NCBI GenBank assembly: GCA_964430885.1
Contig: CAYSHM010000004.1
Coordinates: 96,001-160,000, forward strand
Direction of reading: 5' to 3'
DNA length: 64,000 nt
Source: an uncultured archaeon
Lineage (GTDB): Archaea > Thermoplasmatota > Penumbrarchaeia > JASLWR01
Shown here piece after piece: positions 38,057 through 48,910 of the stretch. How positions within the stretch are numbered: position 1 is the first letter of the stretch; each line of letters begins with the position of its first letter. A model generated the notes under the pieces. That model did no database searches. It saw nothing but the letters and a program-made list of their open reading frames with translations, and had not been told where the DNA came from. Both the position numbers and the translations under genes were made by a program.

Positions 38057-38276
38057 TTTTATATCGATCAAAAAACTACTTTTTGTTAACATGAAAACCT
38101 TATCTATTCAGTTTGCGGTTTTTGGTTAGCAAAAGTCAAGAGACTTTTTCTCACCAGTAAATATTATATTTTATACATTAATGTTGCTGTTGGAAATTCC
38201 CGCCACTTTCTTTTATAAGTGCTTATAAAGGAATCCGCATAAACGGTTAAATAGCGTCAAAACCTTATACCATATA

Positions 38277-39089
38277 ATGGCCTGGAATCAGCAAGTAATA
38301 TTTTTCTCTGCCTCGGCGATCGCTCTTCTTCCGACAGCATTTCTCATCTATCTTGCCTTGAAAAGGATATATCCGATTCTAGAGGACAGGAAACTTTTTT
38401 TTCTACTGGGTCTATCACTAATGGGGGGTGTGGGGGTTGCAGTGTTCCAGACCTATACAGGACTCTCTGTCAGCGGTTATTCCTTTCTGACCCTGGCAAT
38501 GATGGCTTTGGTTTATTCTCTTTTCGATAATCTGCTCAAGATAATAATCCTGAATCTGAAACGGTACCGGACAAAACCTGATACAACCTTTTATGGAATA
38601 TGTTTTGCCCTGATGGGATCAATGATAACCGCTTATATTGCAATGTATCTTTCCAGAAACTATGCGGATGATCCCGAGTATACGATTCGTTTGATCGGCA
38701 CAGGAATTATGCTGCTGGCCAGCGTTGCATATCATGGTGCAATGGGAGTTTACAATGGGTACTATTCTTCCGTAGGTCAGTTCTGGAGTTTTACACATAT
38801 GTCCAGGGTTATTCTTTTATCATTACCTTTCAATATTATTCTGTTCTACTGGTATTGGACGGATTTTTTGGATGTGATATCCATTTCCGTGGCTTTGATA
38901 TATTCACTCATAGTCCTAAGCCATGTTCTAAAGAAATATTTTCCTATTTCCCTTCAAAAGGATCAGCTCCCCCTTCTCACTGGCAGTAAATTCTGGGGCC
39001 GCGTTTCAAGGGAAGGCCGCGGGGGTAAGGGTAAGAGTAAGGGTGGAGTTATTTCTCAGTTCAAGGATATCAAACGGCGGGAAGATTGA
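38277..39089 (+). CDS. Polytopic membrane protein, distant PrsW-like topology
   Basis: About 7 TM helices; DNLLK and YHG at positions resembling the PrsW EExxK and His motifs but degenerate. Confidence 0.6.
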   Translation: MAWNQQVIFFSASAIALLPTAFLIYLALKRIYPILEDRKLFFLLGLSLMGGVGVAVFQTYTGLSVSGYSFLTLAMMALVYSLFDNLLKIIILNLKRYRTKPDTTFYGICFALMGSMITAYIAMYLSRNYADDPEYTIRLIGTGIMLLASVAYHGAMGVYNGYYSSVGQFWSFTHMSRVILLSLPFNIILFYWYWTDFLDVISISVALIYSLIVLSHVLKKYFPISLQKDQLPLLTGSKFWGRVSREGRGGKGKSKGGVISQFKDIKRRED

Positions 39090-39107
39090 ACGATAGTCCA
39101 AATTATT

Positions 39108-42100
39108 TTAATCATCATCTTCTTCCCAACCCACCCCTTTATCCTCTTCCATTCCTCCCAGTTCCTCGTGAGATTTTTCTTTCTCTTCACCACCATCCGC
39201 TTTTTTCCTTCTTACCAGTATTACAATAAGAAATATTACGATAACTATCGCAACGATAGCGATCAGCAGCCATAGCCACAGTGAGCTTCCCTCACCGGAA
39301 TCCTCATTTGAGGCGGTTTCCTGTACCGCTATATCGATTGTATAGATGTCGCTCTGCAGACCCTTTGAGTCCTTTACTCGAAGAGTTACAGTATATCCCC
39401 CTGCTTCCTGGAACTTTACGTCAACCTCATTGTTTGCAACCCATTGATCGTTCAGGATATTGTCAATATCAAAATTCCACATGTAGCCCACAATCGAATC
39501 CCCGTCCGGGTCGTCAGTACTGGCGCTGAAGGTGACCTTCTGGCCGATGCCTGGTTTCTGGGGCGAGAATGTGATCAAGCAGGTGGGCGGTAGATTGCTT
39601 GTGGTTTTAATGGAAAATGCTTTCTCTGTGATGCCACCGTCATTATCCTTTATCCTGACTGTCAGGGTATAATCCCCTTCGTGGGAATACTCGAGATAGA
39701 ACTTCCCGGAAGAACCCCATCCCTGCAGGTCCCCGTCCCCGTTGTCGAACCAATACTCGGTGATCTCGCCGTCAGGATCCGAACTGCGAGTAGCGTCAAT
39801 GGAAACCTTCTTTCCAACCGAGAATATATTGTCCTCCTGTTTTTTAAGGGTACCCTTGCTGCTTTTAACAAGGAGTACAGGTAATCGATTTGTAATATTG
39901 ATCTCCACGGTTTTGGTTGCGATGCCCCCTTCGTTATCCGTGACTGTGAGTACCATTGAGTATTTTCCATCCTCAACATAGGTATGTTTTGTCTGTGTCC
40001 CTTCATCAGTCTCTCCGTCTCCGAAATCCCACTGGTAAGAAATAACTTCCCCTCCGATATCCGGATCGCTAGTACCTGCAGCATCGAAGGTGATCTCAGT
40101 GTTTGTAGGGGCTTCCGTATCGGATATGTCCAGCACGATAAGCGGTTCCTTGTTCTTGACAATTATGGTAAATGAATCCTCTACCTTCGCCCCGTCATCA
40201 TCGCTGATATTGATTGTAGCTGGATACTCCCCCCTGCTGTCAAAACTATAGCTGATATTGGTCCCGAGGAATGTACCAATTCCTTCAATGTCCCAGGTGT
40301 ACATACTGATAATTCCGTCCATATCTGTGCTGGCTGAAGCGTCAAAATAGACATCGTCCCCAATTCCAATAGTTGTACCTTGCTGATTTCCGAAATGGAA
40401 ATCCAATTTGGGATCCCTGTTTTCAACAGATATGAGCCGATAGGTGCTCGACTCCAACCCGGAGTCGTCCGTTAATGTAAGCGTAACATTGTAGATTCCG
40501 TCATCAGCGTATTGATATTGGAATGACGATCCGTCCTTCTGTGTTCCATCTCCCATATCCCAATCATAATCTTCAACATCACCGTCAATATCATAGGACC
40601 TGTTTGCACTGAATGAGATCATCTCATAGGTCAATACCTCGGTCAGGTCAGCATCCAAGAGTGCTTGGGGTCTGGAGTTAATATTAAAGGTTCCCAATTC
40701 CACCATATTATTGTTTTCATAGGTCTCGTTTATCAGGTCATTGGGGTCCGCCATCAGGGTTAGAGTATGCTCACCTGAAACGGGATTATCCCAGGTCAAT
40801 TCAACTGTCCGCTTACCTGCAGCTCCGAATCCCAGACCGTAAAATGTTTTAGTGACGATCAGATTTTCACCGGCCGTTCCATGGTCCAAATAAAGTGCCA
40901 ACTCTATTTCATAACCCATGAATGTCTCCACAGGATTGCTTACTTCGGCAGTGATCATCACTGATTCATTGGTAATTATGGTCTGGGAGGATAGATCCAC
41001 CGCGTCTTCATCCAATAGAATATCGCCCTTTCGAAGAACTAGGGTCTTGGGAAGGAAAGAGTCCGGTCCGGTTTTTATCAAAAGACCGTGGGATCCTACA
41101 TCATATTGGATGACTGGAACGGTTTCTTTCATAATCGTATTATCGTTTGAGGTCGGAACCGTGATATTGGCTACAAAATCACCCTCGATATCCTGAGTGG
41201 AATATGTTATGCCGGATATGTCCTCATCGAACCTTATCTCGGAACTCTGAAAATCGCAGATGACCTGCATCTGGCCTCCCGGGTGTGCAATTCCAATATT
41301 GTTGGGCCCCATGGATACTCCAGTAGTTGTAACCTGCCAGATGTCGTAGCTTTTCAGATCCATATTTGATTCCTCAATGACCATCCCCGCAAAATCCAGA
41401 TTCTCAATATGCCATCTGGCGAAATTCTTTGCTTCAGGATAGAACCACCAATCCATTTTTCCCTTTCCTCCGTCAATATCGAGTGAAGCATCCACATGAT
41501 AACATCCCGAATAGGTGTCGAATCCGTTATTCAGGTTCTCTGTGTTGTTGCACCAATATTTTGCATACACCGGGCTGTCGGAGGTTATGTCATCACTCTC
41601 ATCGTCTATGCCCCAGTCGTTCATCCAATCAGGCAGGTTCATCTCGTAATGGGCATTGATATGGTAATTATGGGATGATGCCCAGGCATCTTGAGTGTAT
41701 AATGGGAAATCATAATCCTCTTCACCGGGAGATGACTGCAGGGAGTTCTGGGCATTTATCACCACCACACCTCCTAGTATTCCCTGTGAAGCATTGACAA
41801 CTATATGCAGGTCTCTGTAATCATTAAGCAGAGCCAGGTCTGATACACGGTACCACATGAAACCCTGTATCCACGATTGACTGGAATCAATTTCAAGGTC
41901 GACATTCTGATCGGGTTCACCATCAGGAGGGTCATCGGTGTCGATATTTAGGTGTCCGTCCCCGCTTACTCTGCCGTTATATAAGGTCAAATTATAGACC
42001 AGTTCGGTCCTTCCGTCATGCATCCTAACCTCGCTTATCTCGTCAACAACGTAATCTCCTATATCTACGAGGTTGATATAACCGTCTGGTTCCACAGCAA

Positions 42101-42311
42101 TCCGGGATGTGCGGTGATAAACCCACTTATAACCGGTATCCCATACTGGCAATTTGCATTCGTTTGCCCTGGTAGAGTTCAGTGAGATTTCACTTTTGCT
42201 ATCAGGATAAATATCATTGATGTCTGTGTTCTTTACCAAGATGTGAACCTGTGGCTCCAATAGAAAACATAATATGGCCAGGCTGAGTAGCACAATTTTG
42301 ATCTTTTTCAT
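39108..42311 (-). CDS. PKD-repeat/CARDB surface protein with C-terminal TM anchor
   Basis: Signal peptide MKKIK.., CARDB (DPNDLINETYENNN), five PKD repeats (WDMGDG, WDFGDG, Y.VTLT.TDD.G), TM followed by RRKK. Confidence 0.87.
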   Translation of the reverse strand: MKKIKIVLLSLAILCFLLEPQVHILVKNTDINDIYPDSKSEISLNSTRANECKLPVWDTGYKWVYHRTSRIAVEPDGYINLVDIGDYVVDEISEVRMHDGRTELVYNLTLYNGRVSGDGHLNIDTDDPPDGEPDQNVDLEIDSSQSWIQGFMWYRVSDLALLNDYRDLHIVVNASQGILGGVVVINAQNSLQSSPGEEDYDFPLYTQDAWASSHNYHINAHYEMNLPDWMNDWGIDDESDDITSDSPVYAKYWCNNTENLNNGFDTYSGCYHVDASLDIDGGKGKMDWWFYPEAKNFARWHIENLDFAGMVIEESNMDLKSYDIWQVTTTGVSMGPNNIGIAHPGGQMQVICDFQSSEIRFDEDISGITYSTQDIEGDFVANITVPTSNDNTIMKETVPVIQYDVGSHGLLIKTGPDSFLPKTLVLRKGDILLDEDAVDLSSQTIITNESVMITAEVSNPVETFMGYEIELALYLDHGTAGENLIVTKTFYGLGFGAAGKRTVELTWDNPVSGEHTLTLMADPNDLINETYENNNMVELGTFNINSRPQALLDADLTEVLTYEMISFSANRSYDIDGDVEDYDWDMGDGTQKDGSSFQYQYADDGIYNVTLTLTDDSGLESSTYRLISVENRDPKLDFHFGNQQGTTIGIGDDVYFDASASTDMDGIISMYTWDIEGIGTFLGTNISYSFDSRGEYPATINISDDDGAKVEDSFTIIVKNKEPLIVLDISDTEAPTNTEITFDAAGTSDPDIGGEVISYQWDFGDGETDEGTQTKHTYVEDGKYSMVLTVTDNEGGIATKTVEINITNRLPVLLVKSSKGTLKKQEDNIFSVGKKVSIDATRSSDPDGEITEYWFDNGDGDLQGWGSSGKFYLEYSHEGDYTLTVRIKDNDGGITEKAFSIKTTSNLPPTCLITFSPQKPGIGQKVTFSASTDDPDGDSIVGYMWNFDIDNILNDQWVANNEVDVKFQEAGGYTVTLRVKDSKGLQSDIYTIDIAVQETASNEDSGEGSSLWLWLLIAIVAIVIVIFLIVILVRRKKADGGEEKEKSHEELGGMEEDKGVGWEEDDD

Positions 42312-42460
42312 TAATATCCCCTCTGTCGAATCATGTGGGTTAATTAAAAACATATTCCAAACTATTGATTAAAAGGTTTATCCCATGTAGGAATGGAAAA
42401 AATAATGTTGGATTGGGTAATAAATATTTCAATATTGATTCAATCACAGGTGCATGACCG

Positions 42461-42847
42461 ATGAAGGGACAACATTCAAAACCTGTAAAAGGGCTGCTGC
42501 TGTTGCTGGGAACTTTATTTTTAGTAATTGGGATAGTCGGAATTTTTATCCCTCTTTTACCCACAACTCCCTTCCTTCTTATGTCGGCTCTCTGTTATCT
42601 TCGAAGTTCCAAGGGGATGTATGATTGGCTCATGACCAACCGGTTTTTCGGGAAATTTCTGACAGACTATATGAATGGCAGAGGCGTACCACTGAGGGTG
42701 AAGATAATCACCATTCTGGTTCTATGGGTAACATTATCCGCATCCGCATTTCTTTTTGTTGAAAAACTTTGGATGCGAATACTGTTGGCGGCAATTGCTA
42801 CGGGCGTTACCATTCATCTATTGATGCTTAAAACCAGGAAGGGTTGA
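42461..42847 (+). CDS. YbaN/DUF454 family membrane protein
   Basis: GIVGIFIPLLPTTPFLL..CYLRSS signature. Confidence 0.9.
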   Translation: MKGQHSKPVKGLLLLLGTLFLVIGIVGIFIPLLPTTPFLLMSALCYLRSSKGMYDWLMTNRFFGKFLTDYMNGRGVPLRVKIITILVLWVTLSASAFLFVEKLWMRILLAAIATGVTIHLLMLKTRKG

Positions 42848-42910
42848 AATCGGTATGATATTATTAAATAGCGATTTTTAATTTATATGCGTCAGAGATA
42901 TCTTTAATCC

Positions 42911-43306
42911 ATGGATGGGAGACAAAGCATGATATGGATAGTTCTAGCTATTGGAATATTGGTTGTAATTATAGGCTTAGTAATGTTGATCATGGTAACA
43001 AGGGAGATACATAGGACCAATGATAGGTACCCGGAAGGACACTATATTTCTATAGGTATAGCTCTGGGAATACCTTTGGGTCTTCCCATAGGATTGGCAG
43101 TGGGAAATATTGCATTAGGTCCTGCATTTGGCCTTCCAATAGGTGTGGCCATAGGTGCGGCTTTGGAATCCAAGGCAAGAAAGGACGGACGATTGAGGCC
43201 GCCGACAGCAAGGGAGCGAAAGGTGAAAAAGACATTTGTAGTTGCTGGAGGTGCGCTTCTGGTTTTGGCGATTATTTCATTATTTGTTCTTCTAATATTG
43301 AGCTGA
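42911..43306 (+). CDS. Small Gly-rich membrane protein
   Basis: GIALGIPLGLPIG..GPAFGLPIGVAIG glycine-zipper-like helices. Confidence 0.7.
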   Translation: MDGRQSMIWIVLAIGILVVIIGLVMLIMVTREIHRTNDRYPEGHYISIGIALGIPLGLPIGLAVGNIALGPAFGLPIGVAIGAALESKARKDGRLRPPTARERKVKKTFVVAGGALLVLAIISLFVLLILS

Positions 43307-43368
43307 GGTATTTTTCTTATACTAAATATGAAATTTGTTCAGGGTAATTATTTCCGGAGACGTTTAAA

Positions 43369-43710
43369 ATGGCAAAGATAAATGTGGATGAAGAGCACAA
43401 GAAAGCCCTGGATAATATAATGCAGACTGTACCAGGGGTAAGACCTGGAAAGATGTTTGGATACCCCGCTTACTATGTAGGCCGGAAGATGTTTACCTCC
43501 TTTTATGAGGACGGCGTCTGTGCAAAGGTACCTCTGGAGCTTAAAGAGAGACTAATAGAGGATGAAAATATTGAACCTTTTATTGCAATGGGGAGACATA
43601 TTAAGAAATGGGTGCTGATAAAGGTGACTTCTGCTGTTGACTATCAGAAATATGCTGATATATTTAAAACCTCAGCAGAGTATGTTGATGAACTGGTCAA
43701 GAAGAAATGA
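43369..43710 (+). CDS. TfoX-N/YjbR-like small protein
   Basis: GKMFGYPAYYVGRKMF..MGRHIKKWV pattern. Confidence 0.65.
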   Translation: MAKINVDEEHKKALDNIMQTVPGVRPGKMFGYPAYYVGRKMFTSFYEDGVCAKVPLELKERLIEDENIEPFIAMGRHIKKWVLIKVTSAVDYQKYADIFKTSAEYVDELVKKK

Positions 43711-43754
43711 ATAATTGCTTAATTGATATTTATTGGTCAAAGACGAAAAAACAG

Positions 43755-43829
43755 CGGACCCGACGGGATTCGAACCCGCGACATCCAGCTTAGAAGGCTG
43801 GCGCCCTATCCAGTCTAGGCCACGGGCCC
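43755..43829 (-). tRNA. tRNA-Arg(UCU)
   Basis: GGGCCCG/CGGGTCC acceptor, CCAGC-CT-TCT-AA-GCTGG anticodon arm, GGTTCGAATCC. Confidence 0.95.
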
Positions 43830-43863
43830 ACTATATGTGATTTTTTCATTGACAATGATATGT

Positions 43864-44703
43864 CTAATCCAAGTAGGCTTTCAGAACATCCAGGGTGTAT
43901 ATCATCGAAATGAGTTTGTCATTGTTATCAGTTACTGGCAGTTGACCGTAATAGTTCTTCCTCATCAATCTTGCAGCCTGTGCCATTGTTGATTTTCGGT
44001 AGACGGTAGTAGGTGATTTTACCATTACATCCTTTACCAGGTTGCTTGATATTGATAGTTTCTGTTCTTCATAGAAGAAAGTCATGATGTTCTTCACACC
44101 TTCCCAGGTCCATTCATCATCATCCAGACCTAGACCCAGCTCGGTTTTCGTCATAATTTCAGTTATTTCGGTCGTTGAGAATAGATCCCTATCAGTGATA
44201 ATTCCAGTAAGATTTCCCTTGCCGTCGAGAACAGGCATGGCATAATGGTCAGTTATCTTGATGATGGTGGGAAGAAGCTCCAGCGGCATCTCTTCCCATA
44301 CTGGGATGCAGTATCTATTCAGGTGGTCCTCAACAAGGATATCGCTGCATTTTGCTTCTATAACTGGAAGTAGTTCATAGGGGCTAACCAGTCCGACCAA
44401 TTCATTTCCCTTTACTACACATAGGTGATATATATTGTTTTCAACCAGGATCTTTATTGCCTTTTCCACGCTGTCCGAAGGCCTTATAGTGGGGGGCTCC
44501 CACTGCATCAGCAGTGCTAATTGGTCTTCTTTCGGTGATTCCAGAATGTCCTGTCTAGTGATGAACCCTGCGAGATTCCCATTATTCTTTATCACTGGCA
44601 TTCCTGAAATATTATTGGAAATGATCTTTTTCATTACATCGTACTTGGTACTGGGTATGGTAATTGAAACCGGATCGGTTATCATGACATTGCTGACATT
44701 CAT
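43864..44703 (-). CDS. Four-CBS-domain protein
   Basis: ISGMPV..LAGFITRQD, MPVLD..LTGIITDRD, QLPV; DDEWTWEG insert typical of an archaeal CBS family. Confidence 0.9.
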   Translation of the reverse strand: MNVSNVMITDPVSITIPSTKYDVMKKIISNNISGMPVIKNNGNLAGFITRQDILESPKEDQLALLMQWEPPTIRPSDSVEKAIKILVENNIYHLCVVKGNELVGLVSPYELLPVIEAKCSDILVEDHLNRYCIPVWEEMPLELLPTIIKITDHYAMPVLDGKGNLTGIITDRDLFSTTEITEIMTKTELGLGLDDDEWTWEGVKNIMTFFYEEQKLSISSNLVKDVMVKSPTTVYRKSTMAQAARLMRKNYYGQLPVTDNNDKLISMIYTLDVLKAYLD

Positions 44704-44953
44704 GTTATCACTCCTTTACTGGGGAAAAACGACGGGGATAATTATGTAATGCCCCTCTGCTGTAAATCCCTTTTTAATTGTGAACCAATAGGGGAGGTTT
44801 AGGAATAAGCGAAGTTATGACAATTTTTAATCTAAATACTTTTCTCCATTAAAATTGGTATATAAACAAAAAGGAATTATTCGACTGGTAGCCTTAAGCT
44901 GAATTGAGAAGTAAACAGAATGCATATGGGTTTTTATTGGTAATAAATGACCT

Positions 44954-46075
44954 TCAATTCTCATAGGTGAGGGTAACCGAAACCTTGTAATCACAGGTCT
45001 CGGCAAGTAGTTTACTGCCTCCATTGGTAACTGTCTTCTCCTTTGTGCTGATCCTTAAAAACCATTGGTCAACTCCGGAATAAGATAGTTCACCAGCATT
45101 ATCCGTGTGCAGTATGATCTCGCCTTCCCCGTTACCTTCACTGCCGCCTGTATCCTGATTGTACACTATTCCGTTCTCGGGGCTGATCCCAACGCCAAAG
45201 TATAGGTCCAGATCCCATTCGGTATCGCTCCAGATCAATTTCACCTCAATGTCAATTAGATTTGTCATATCTACTTCCGATAGGTTCCAATTATAATCTA
45301 TCTTCGATTCGTATACCTGGGAACTCGGTATCATAGAACCATTTCCGTTATTCCTTAACTCGATATCAATATAATATTTATCTCCGCCCTGTCCCTGGGA
45401 TACATATATCATGGTGGTTGCAGTGTCTGTAAGCCCACCGGAGTCAGTTACAGTTAGAATCACCAGATAATCTCCTGGATTTCTATAGGAATAAAATATT
45501 TCCTTCCCGTTGATATCCTGAATTCCATCGTTGTCCATATCCCATTGGAAGGTGAGGTCTGTCAGGGAATCCTCATTGTCACTGCTGTTAATGGCCGAGA
45601 ACTGTACGGGCTCGCTGGTATTGACATTGTTTGATGATACTTCAAAAACAGCGTTTGGCCGTGTGTTGTCCACAACTTTAACGGATATGGAATCACTTTC
45701 GTTAAGAGATATGCCGTTAATATCATCTTCAAGAGTGATATAGAAGGTAGCCGTGTATGATCCGGCCTCATTATACTCGTGCCAAGCAGTTACAAGTGTT
45801 CTTTCGTTCCAATCAATCACCCCGTCGCCCTCAAAATCCCACTTGTATCTGATCGAGACTTCAATGGGATAGTTCTGTTCTTCAGCATTGTTTTTCCCCA
45901 CGAAAGCCACTCTTTTACCTACCGAGGTCTTGATGTTCGAGCCGGCCTCAGGTTCACAAGTATAATCTTCTTCAGTTACAATATCATCCTTGATATTTCT
46001 CCAGGCGAGATAAAATACTGAACCTATAAGCAGGACGACAATCATGATTATGGCTACACCCTTAAAATCACCCAT
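44954..46075 (-). CDS. N-terminally anchored PKD-domain protein
   Basis: N-terminal TM helix; YKWDFEGDG and FQWDMDNDG PKD repeats; C-terminal WDLDLY beta-sandwich. Confidence 0.8.
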   Translation of the reverse strand: MGDFKGVAIIMIVVLLIGSVFYLAWRNIKDDIVTEEDYTCEPEAGSNIKTSVGKRVAFVGKNNAEEQNYPIEVSIRYKWDFEGDGVIDWNERTLVTAWHEYNEAGSYTATFYITLEDDINGISLNESDSISVKVVDNTRPNAVFEVSSNNVNTSEPVQFSAINSSDNEDSLTDLTFQWDMDNDGIQDINGKEIFYSYRNPGDYLVILTVTDSGGLTDTATTMIYVSQGQGGDKYYIDIELRNNGNGSMIPSSQVYESKIDYNWNLSEVDMTNLIDIEVKLIWSDTEWDLDLYFGVGISPENGIVYNQDTGGSEGNGEGEIILHTDNAGELSYSGVDQWFLRISTKEKTVTNGGSKLLAETCDYKVSVTLTYEN

Positions 46076-46126
46076 TTTATCACATTCCAAAGGGGAATTT
46101 AGAACCCTGAACGGAAAAAGCCGAGA

Positions 46127-46414
46127 TTAGAATATCTTTGCTACAATCCAACCGATGAACATTCCTATTGCCAATGGAAATGATATCAGCATCAGAAGGC
46201 TCTTTATTGCACTCCAGTCAAAGGCATCGGCAAAACCGTCCCAATTTATATGTATAAGACCGAAGTAGGAAAGTACAGCTATTACTATGATGGATATCAG
46301 TGCCCATTTAAAGGCTCTGGAAAGTATAAAGAATCCTATCAGAAATCCAATAATCAGTTCAACGCTGAGCAATGCGATGAATGCCGTTGTGCTTATCTCT
46401 ATTCCTAGAACCAT
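46127..46414 (-). CDS. Small membrane protein, FUN14-like
   Basis: GFLIGFF..K..LSYFGLIHINW pattern. Confidence 0.6.
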   Translation of the reverse strand: MVLGIEISTTAFIALLSVELIIGFLIGFFILSRAFKWALISIIVIAVLSYFGLIHINWDGFADAFDWSAIKSLLMLISFPLAIGMFIGWIVAKIF

Positions 46415-46489
46415 TTTGCATCACGTCCATAAAACCCTTTTAATATTATAAATAATTTTGGCGCTTCTTCCAATTAAAAGCCTGCTACT

Positions 46490-47539
46490 TCATACTATCT
46501 CGCCAGGGAATATTTTTTTGTCCTTTAGGCTTTTACCCTGTGTCACTTTGACCTTTTCACCAATGACAACCTTTTCAAGAGAAACATTTTCTTCGACTAT
46601 GGAATCTTTACATATATAGCTGTTTGAAAGTCTGCTCCCCTCTCCAATGGCAGAGTTCGGGGCGATTACCACATTTTTGAGTTTAACATTGTCGCCTATC
46701 CTGCAACCGTCATACACGTATACATTTTCCATCACTACACCCCGTCCCAGCTTTACATTCTCTCCAATGAAGCAATTTCCTCTTACCTTGACATTATCCA
46801 GAACCCCTGATGATATGTATAGATTGGTGCCTTTGTTCCGTGGGAACATGTTAATATTTCCATATATGAGGTCGGCAGGTCTTCCTATATCTAACCAAAA
46901 TCCAGTCAATCTCTTGCCGTATATGGGTTTGCCCATCTCAAGGAGCTTGGGGAACAGGTCCTTTGCAAAGTCCACATTGGTCCCGAAGGGAAAGAGTTCA
47001 AGGACTTCCGGTTCCAATATGTAGACCCCGGCATTTATCAGATTGGAGAACGCCTCTTCTTTGCTCGGTTTCTCCAGGAATCGTTCTATCCTGCCGTTCT
47101 CATCCATGCCCACTATACCGAACTGTGTCGGGTCCTCTACAGGAGTGAGAGCTATTGTTGCAACAGCACCCTTTCTTTTATGGAAATCATACAGCTCCTT
47201 GAAATCTATGTCTATCAGCACATCGCCATTGGACACAATGAAAGTTTCATTCAGTATTCCTTTGTTCTTTATAACGCCTCCGAATGTACCCAGGGGCGTA
47301 TCTTCAATGGAATAGATCATGTTTGATTTCCATTTAAGACCACTTCCGAAATGCTCAATTATATCCTCTGGTTTGTAGTACATGGTCATGAGAATATCAT
47401 TGAATCCGTCTCGCACTAGAGCGTCAACAAGATATTCCAAGGCTGGTTTCCCATCAACCTTGACGAATGGTTTTGGAAGGGTCTCGGTTATGGGCCTAAG
47501 GCGGGTGCCTTTTCCTCCTGCAAGAATAACGCCAATCAT
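46490..47539 (-). CDS. NDP-sugar synthase (mannose-1-phosphate guanylyltransferase-like)
   Basis: LAGGKGTRLRPIT..PKP, PLGTFG, FLEKP, INAGVY, WLDIG; C-terminal hexapeptide beta-helix. Confidence 0.92.
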   Translation of the reverse strand: MIGVILAGGKGTRLRPITETLPKPFVKVDGKPALEYLVDALVRDGFNDILMTMYYKPEDIIEHFGSGLKWKSNMIYSIEDTPLGTFGGVIKNKGILNETFIVSNGDVLIDIDFKELYDFHKRKGAVATIALTPVEDPTQFGIVGMDENGRIERFLEKPSKEEAFSNLINAGVYILEPEVLELFPFGTNVDFAKDLFPKLLEMGKPIYGKRLTGFWLDIGRPADLIYGNINMFPRNKGTNLYISSGVLDNVKVRGNCFIGENVKLGRGVVMENVYVYDGCRIGDNVKLKNVVIAPNSAIGEGSRLSNSYICKDSIVEENVSLEKVVIGEKVKVTQGKSLKDKKIFPGEIV

Positions 47540-47544
47540 AAATT

Positions 47545-48234
47545 TCACCTCTCTATTTTTTTCATAATGTCAAATCTTTCATCATATGCAACTATCACAA
47601 CATCAGTCATACCGAGGAATAAGCCGTTTTCAAAGATCCCTGAAATATTGTTTATGTCCTTCTCAAGTTGAGAGGGCAGGTTCAAGTTGAGGAACTCCAC
47701 ATCAAGAATATGATTTCCTGAATCAGTAACGAATGGTTCTTCACCTCTCAATCTCAGTTTTGGTTTTCCGCCCAACTCCTTTAGCTTTTTCATGTATGTG
47801 TCCGCCCCAAAAGGGTCAACCTCTACAGGCAAAGGCATTTTATCCCCTAGATGATCCACCATCTTGCTATCATCCACAATAATGATAAGTATCTTTGAAT
47901 TATCTGCAACTATCTTTTCTCTGAGAAGGGCTCCGCCCGCACCTTTTATTAGATCTAGATCAGGGTTCACCTCATCGGCCCCGTCTATTGTTAAATCTAT
48001 CACTGGATTATCTTGAAGTGTGGTCAAAGGTATGGAAAGCTCCCTGGCCAGTTCTTTGGTTGCTAATGATGTAGGTATGCCTTTTATTTCAATATTTTCC
48101 TCTCTGATCTTCCTTGCAAGTTCATGAAGTACATAGAATACCGTGGAACCGGTCCCCAGTCCGATTATCATGCCGTTCTCGACGAATTCCGCAGCCTTAA
48201 CTGCAGCTTTCATTTTCTTTTCCTCAGAGTTCAT
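47545..48234 (-). CDS. rpiA: Ribose-5-phosphate isomerase A
   Basis: GLGTGST, DGADEV, IKGAGGALLREK, TDSGN. Confidence 0.96.
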   Translation of the reverse strand: MNSEEKKMKAAVKAAEFVENGMIIGLGTGSTVFYVLHELARKIREENIEIKGIPTSLATKELARELSIPLTTLQDNPVIDLTIDGADEVNPDLDLIKGAGGALLREKIVADNSKILIIIVDDSKMVDHLGDKMPLPVEVDPFGADTYMKKLKELGGKPKLRLRGEEPFVTDSGNHILDVEFLNLNLPSQLEKDINNISGIFENGLFLGMTDVVIVAYDERFDIMKKIER

Positions 48235-48438
48235 TATTATCCCAAATTGCACAGCTTATTCAATTGATAATTTTTGGATTATAGAAGGCAGATGTAAGAT
48301 ATGTATTTAGTCCTATTATTTGTATTTCAAATTATCAATTATATGAAACCTGAATGTATAGTTTTTCATAGACGTGCAGATTTGTATCTGCATTGTTTCG
48401 ATGTATTTCGTACAAGAGGTCTATGAGGTGTTTGTAAA

Positions 48439-48873
48439 ATGAAAATGATAAGCAGGGCTTTTAAACACGGCGGGATGATACCCCGCAAATATACCTGTCA
48501 AGGAGATGACATCAATCCTGACCTCCACTGGGCCGGAGTGCCGAAAGGAACTCGGAGCTTTGCCCTTATCGTAGATGATCCCGATGCACCCCTGGGGACC
48601 TGGGTTCATTGGCTTGTGTGCAATATTCCTCCAGATGCAAGGCATATATCTGAGGATTCAGTCCCGCCCCAAGCAGTTCAGGTAAAGAACGATTTCAGAA
48701 AGGAGAACTGGGGCGGGCCATGTCCTCCCAGCGGTACCCACCGATATTTTTTAAAACTCTACGCTTTGGATACTGACAGGATAAATTCAGGCAACAAGAG
48801 ATCCTTTTACGCAAAGGTGAATAAACATGCAATTGCCGAGACAGTGATGATGGGCAGATACAAGAAGACATGA
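48439..48873 (+). CDS. YbhB/YbcL (PEBP/RKIP) family protein
   Basis: YTCQG, DDPDAP, WVHW, GPCPP, HRYF..YALD. Confidence 0.93.
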   Translation: MKMISRAFKHGGMIPRKYTCQGDDINPDLHWAGVPKGTRSFALIVDDPDAPLGTWVHWLVCNIPPDARHISEDSVPPQAVQVKNDFRKENWGGPCPPSGTHRYFLKLYALDTDRINSGNKRSFYAKVNKHAIAETVMMGRYKKT

Positions 48874-48910
48874 AAATCATCGCCCATGCTAGTTAGCTCG
48901 GTAAAAAAAG

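Noticed and set aside
48439-48873. YbhB/RKIP as dedicated inhibitor of the nearby Ser/Thr kinase
   Set aside because: Opposite strand, separated by a tRNA and two genes; the family is widespread, so proximity is weak evidence
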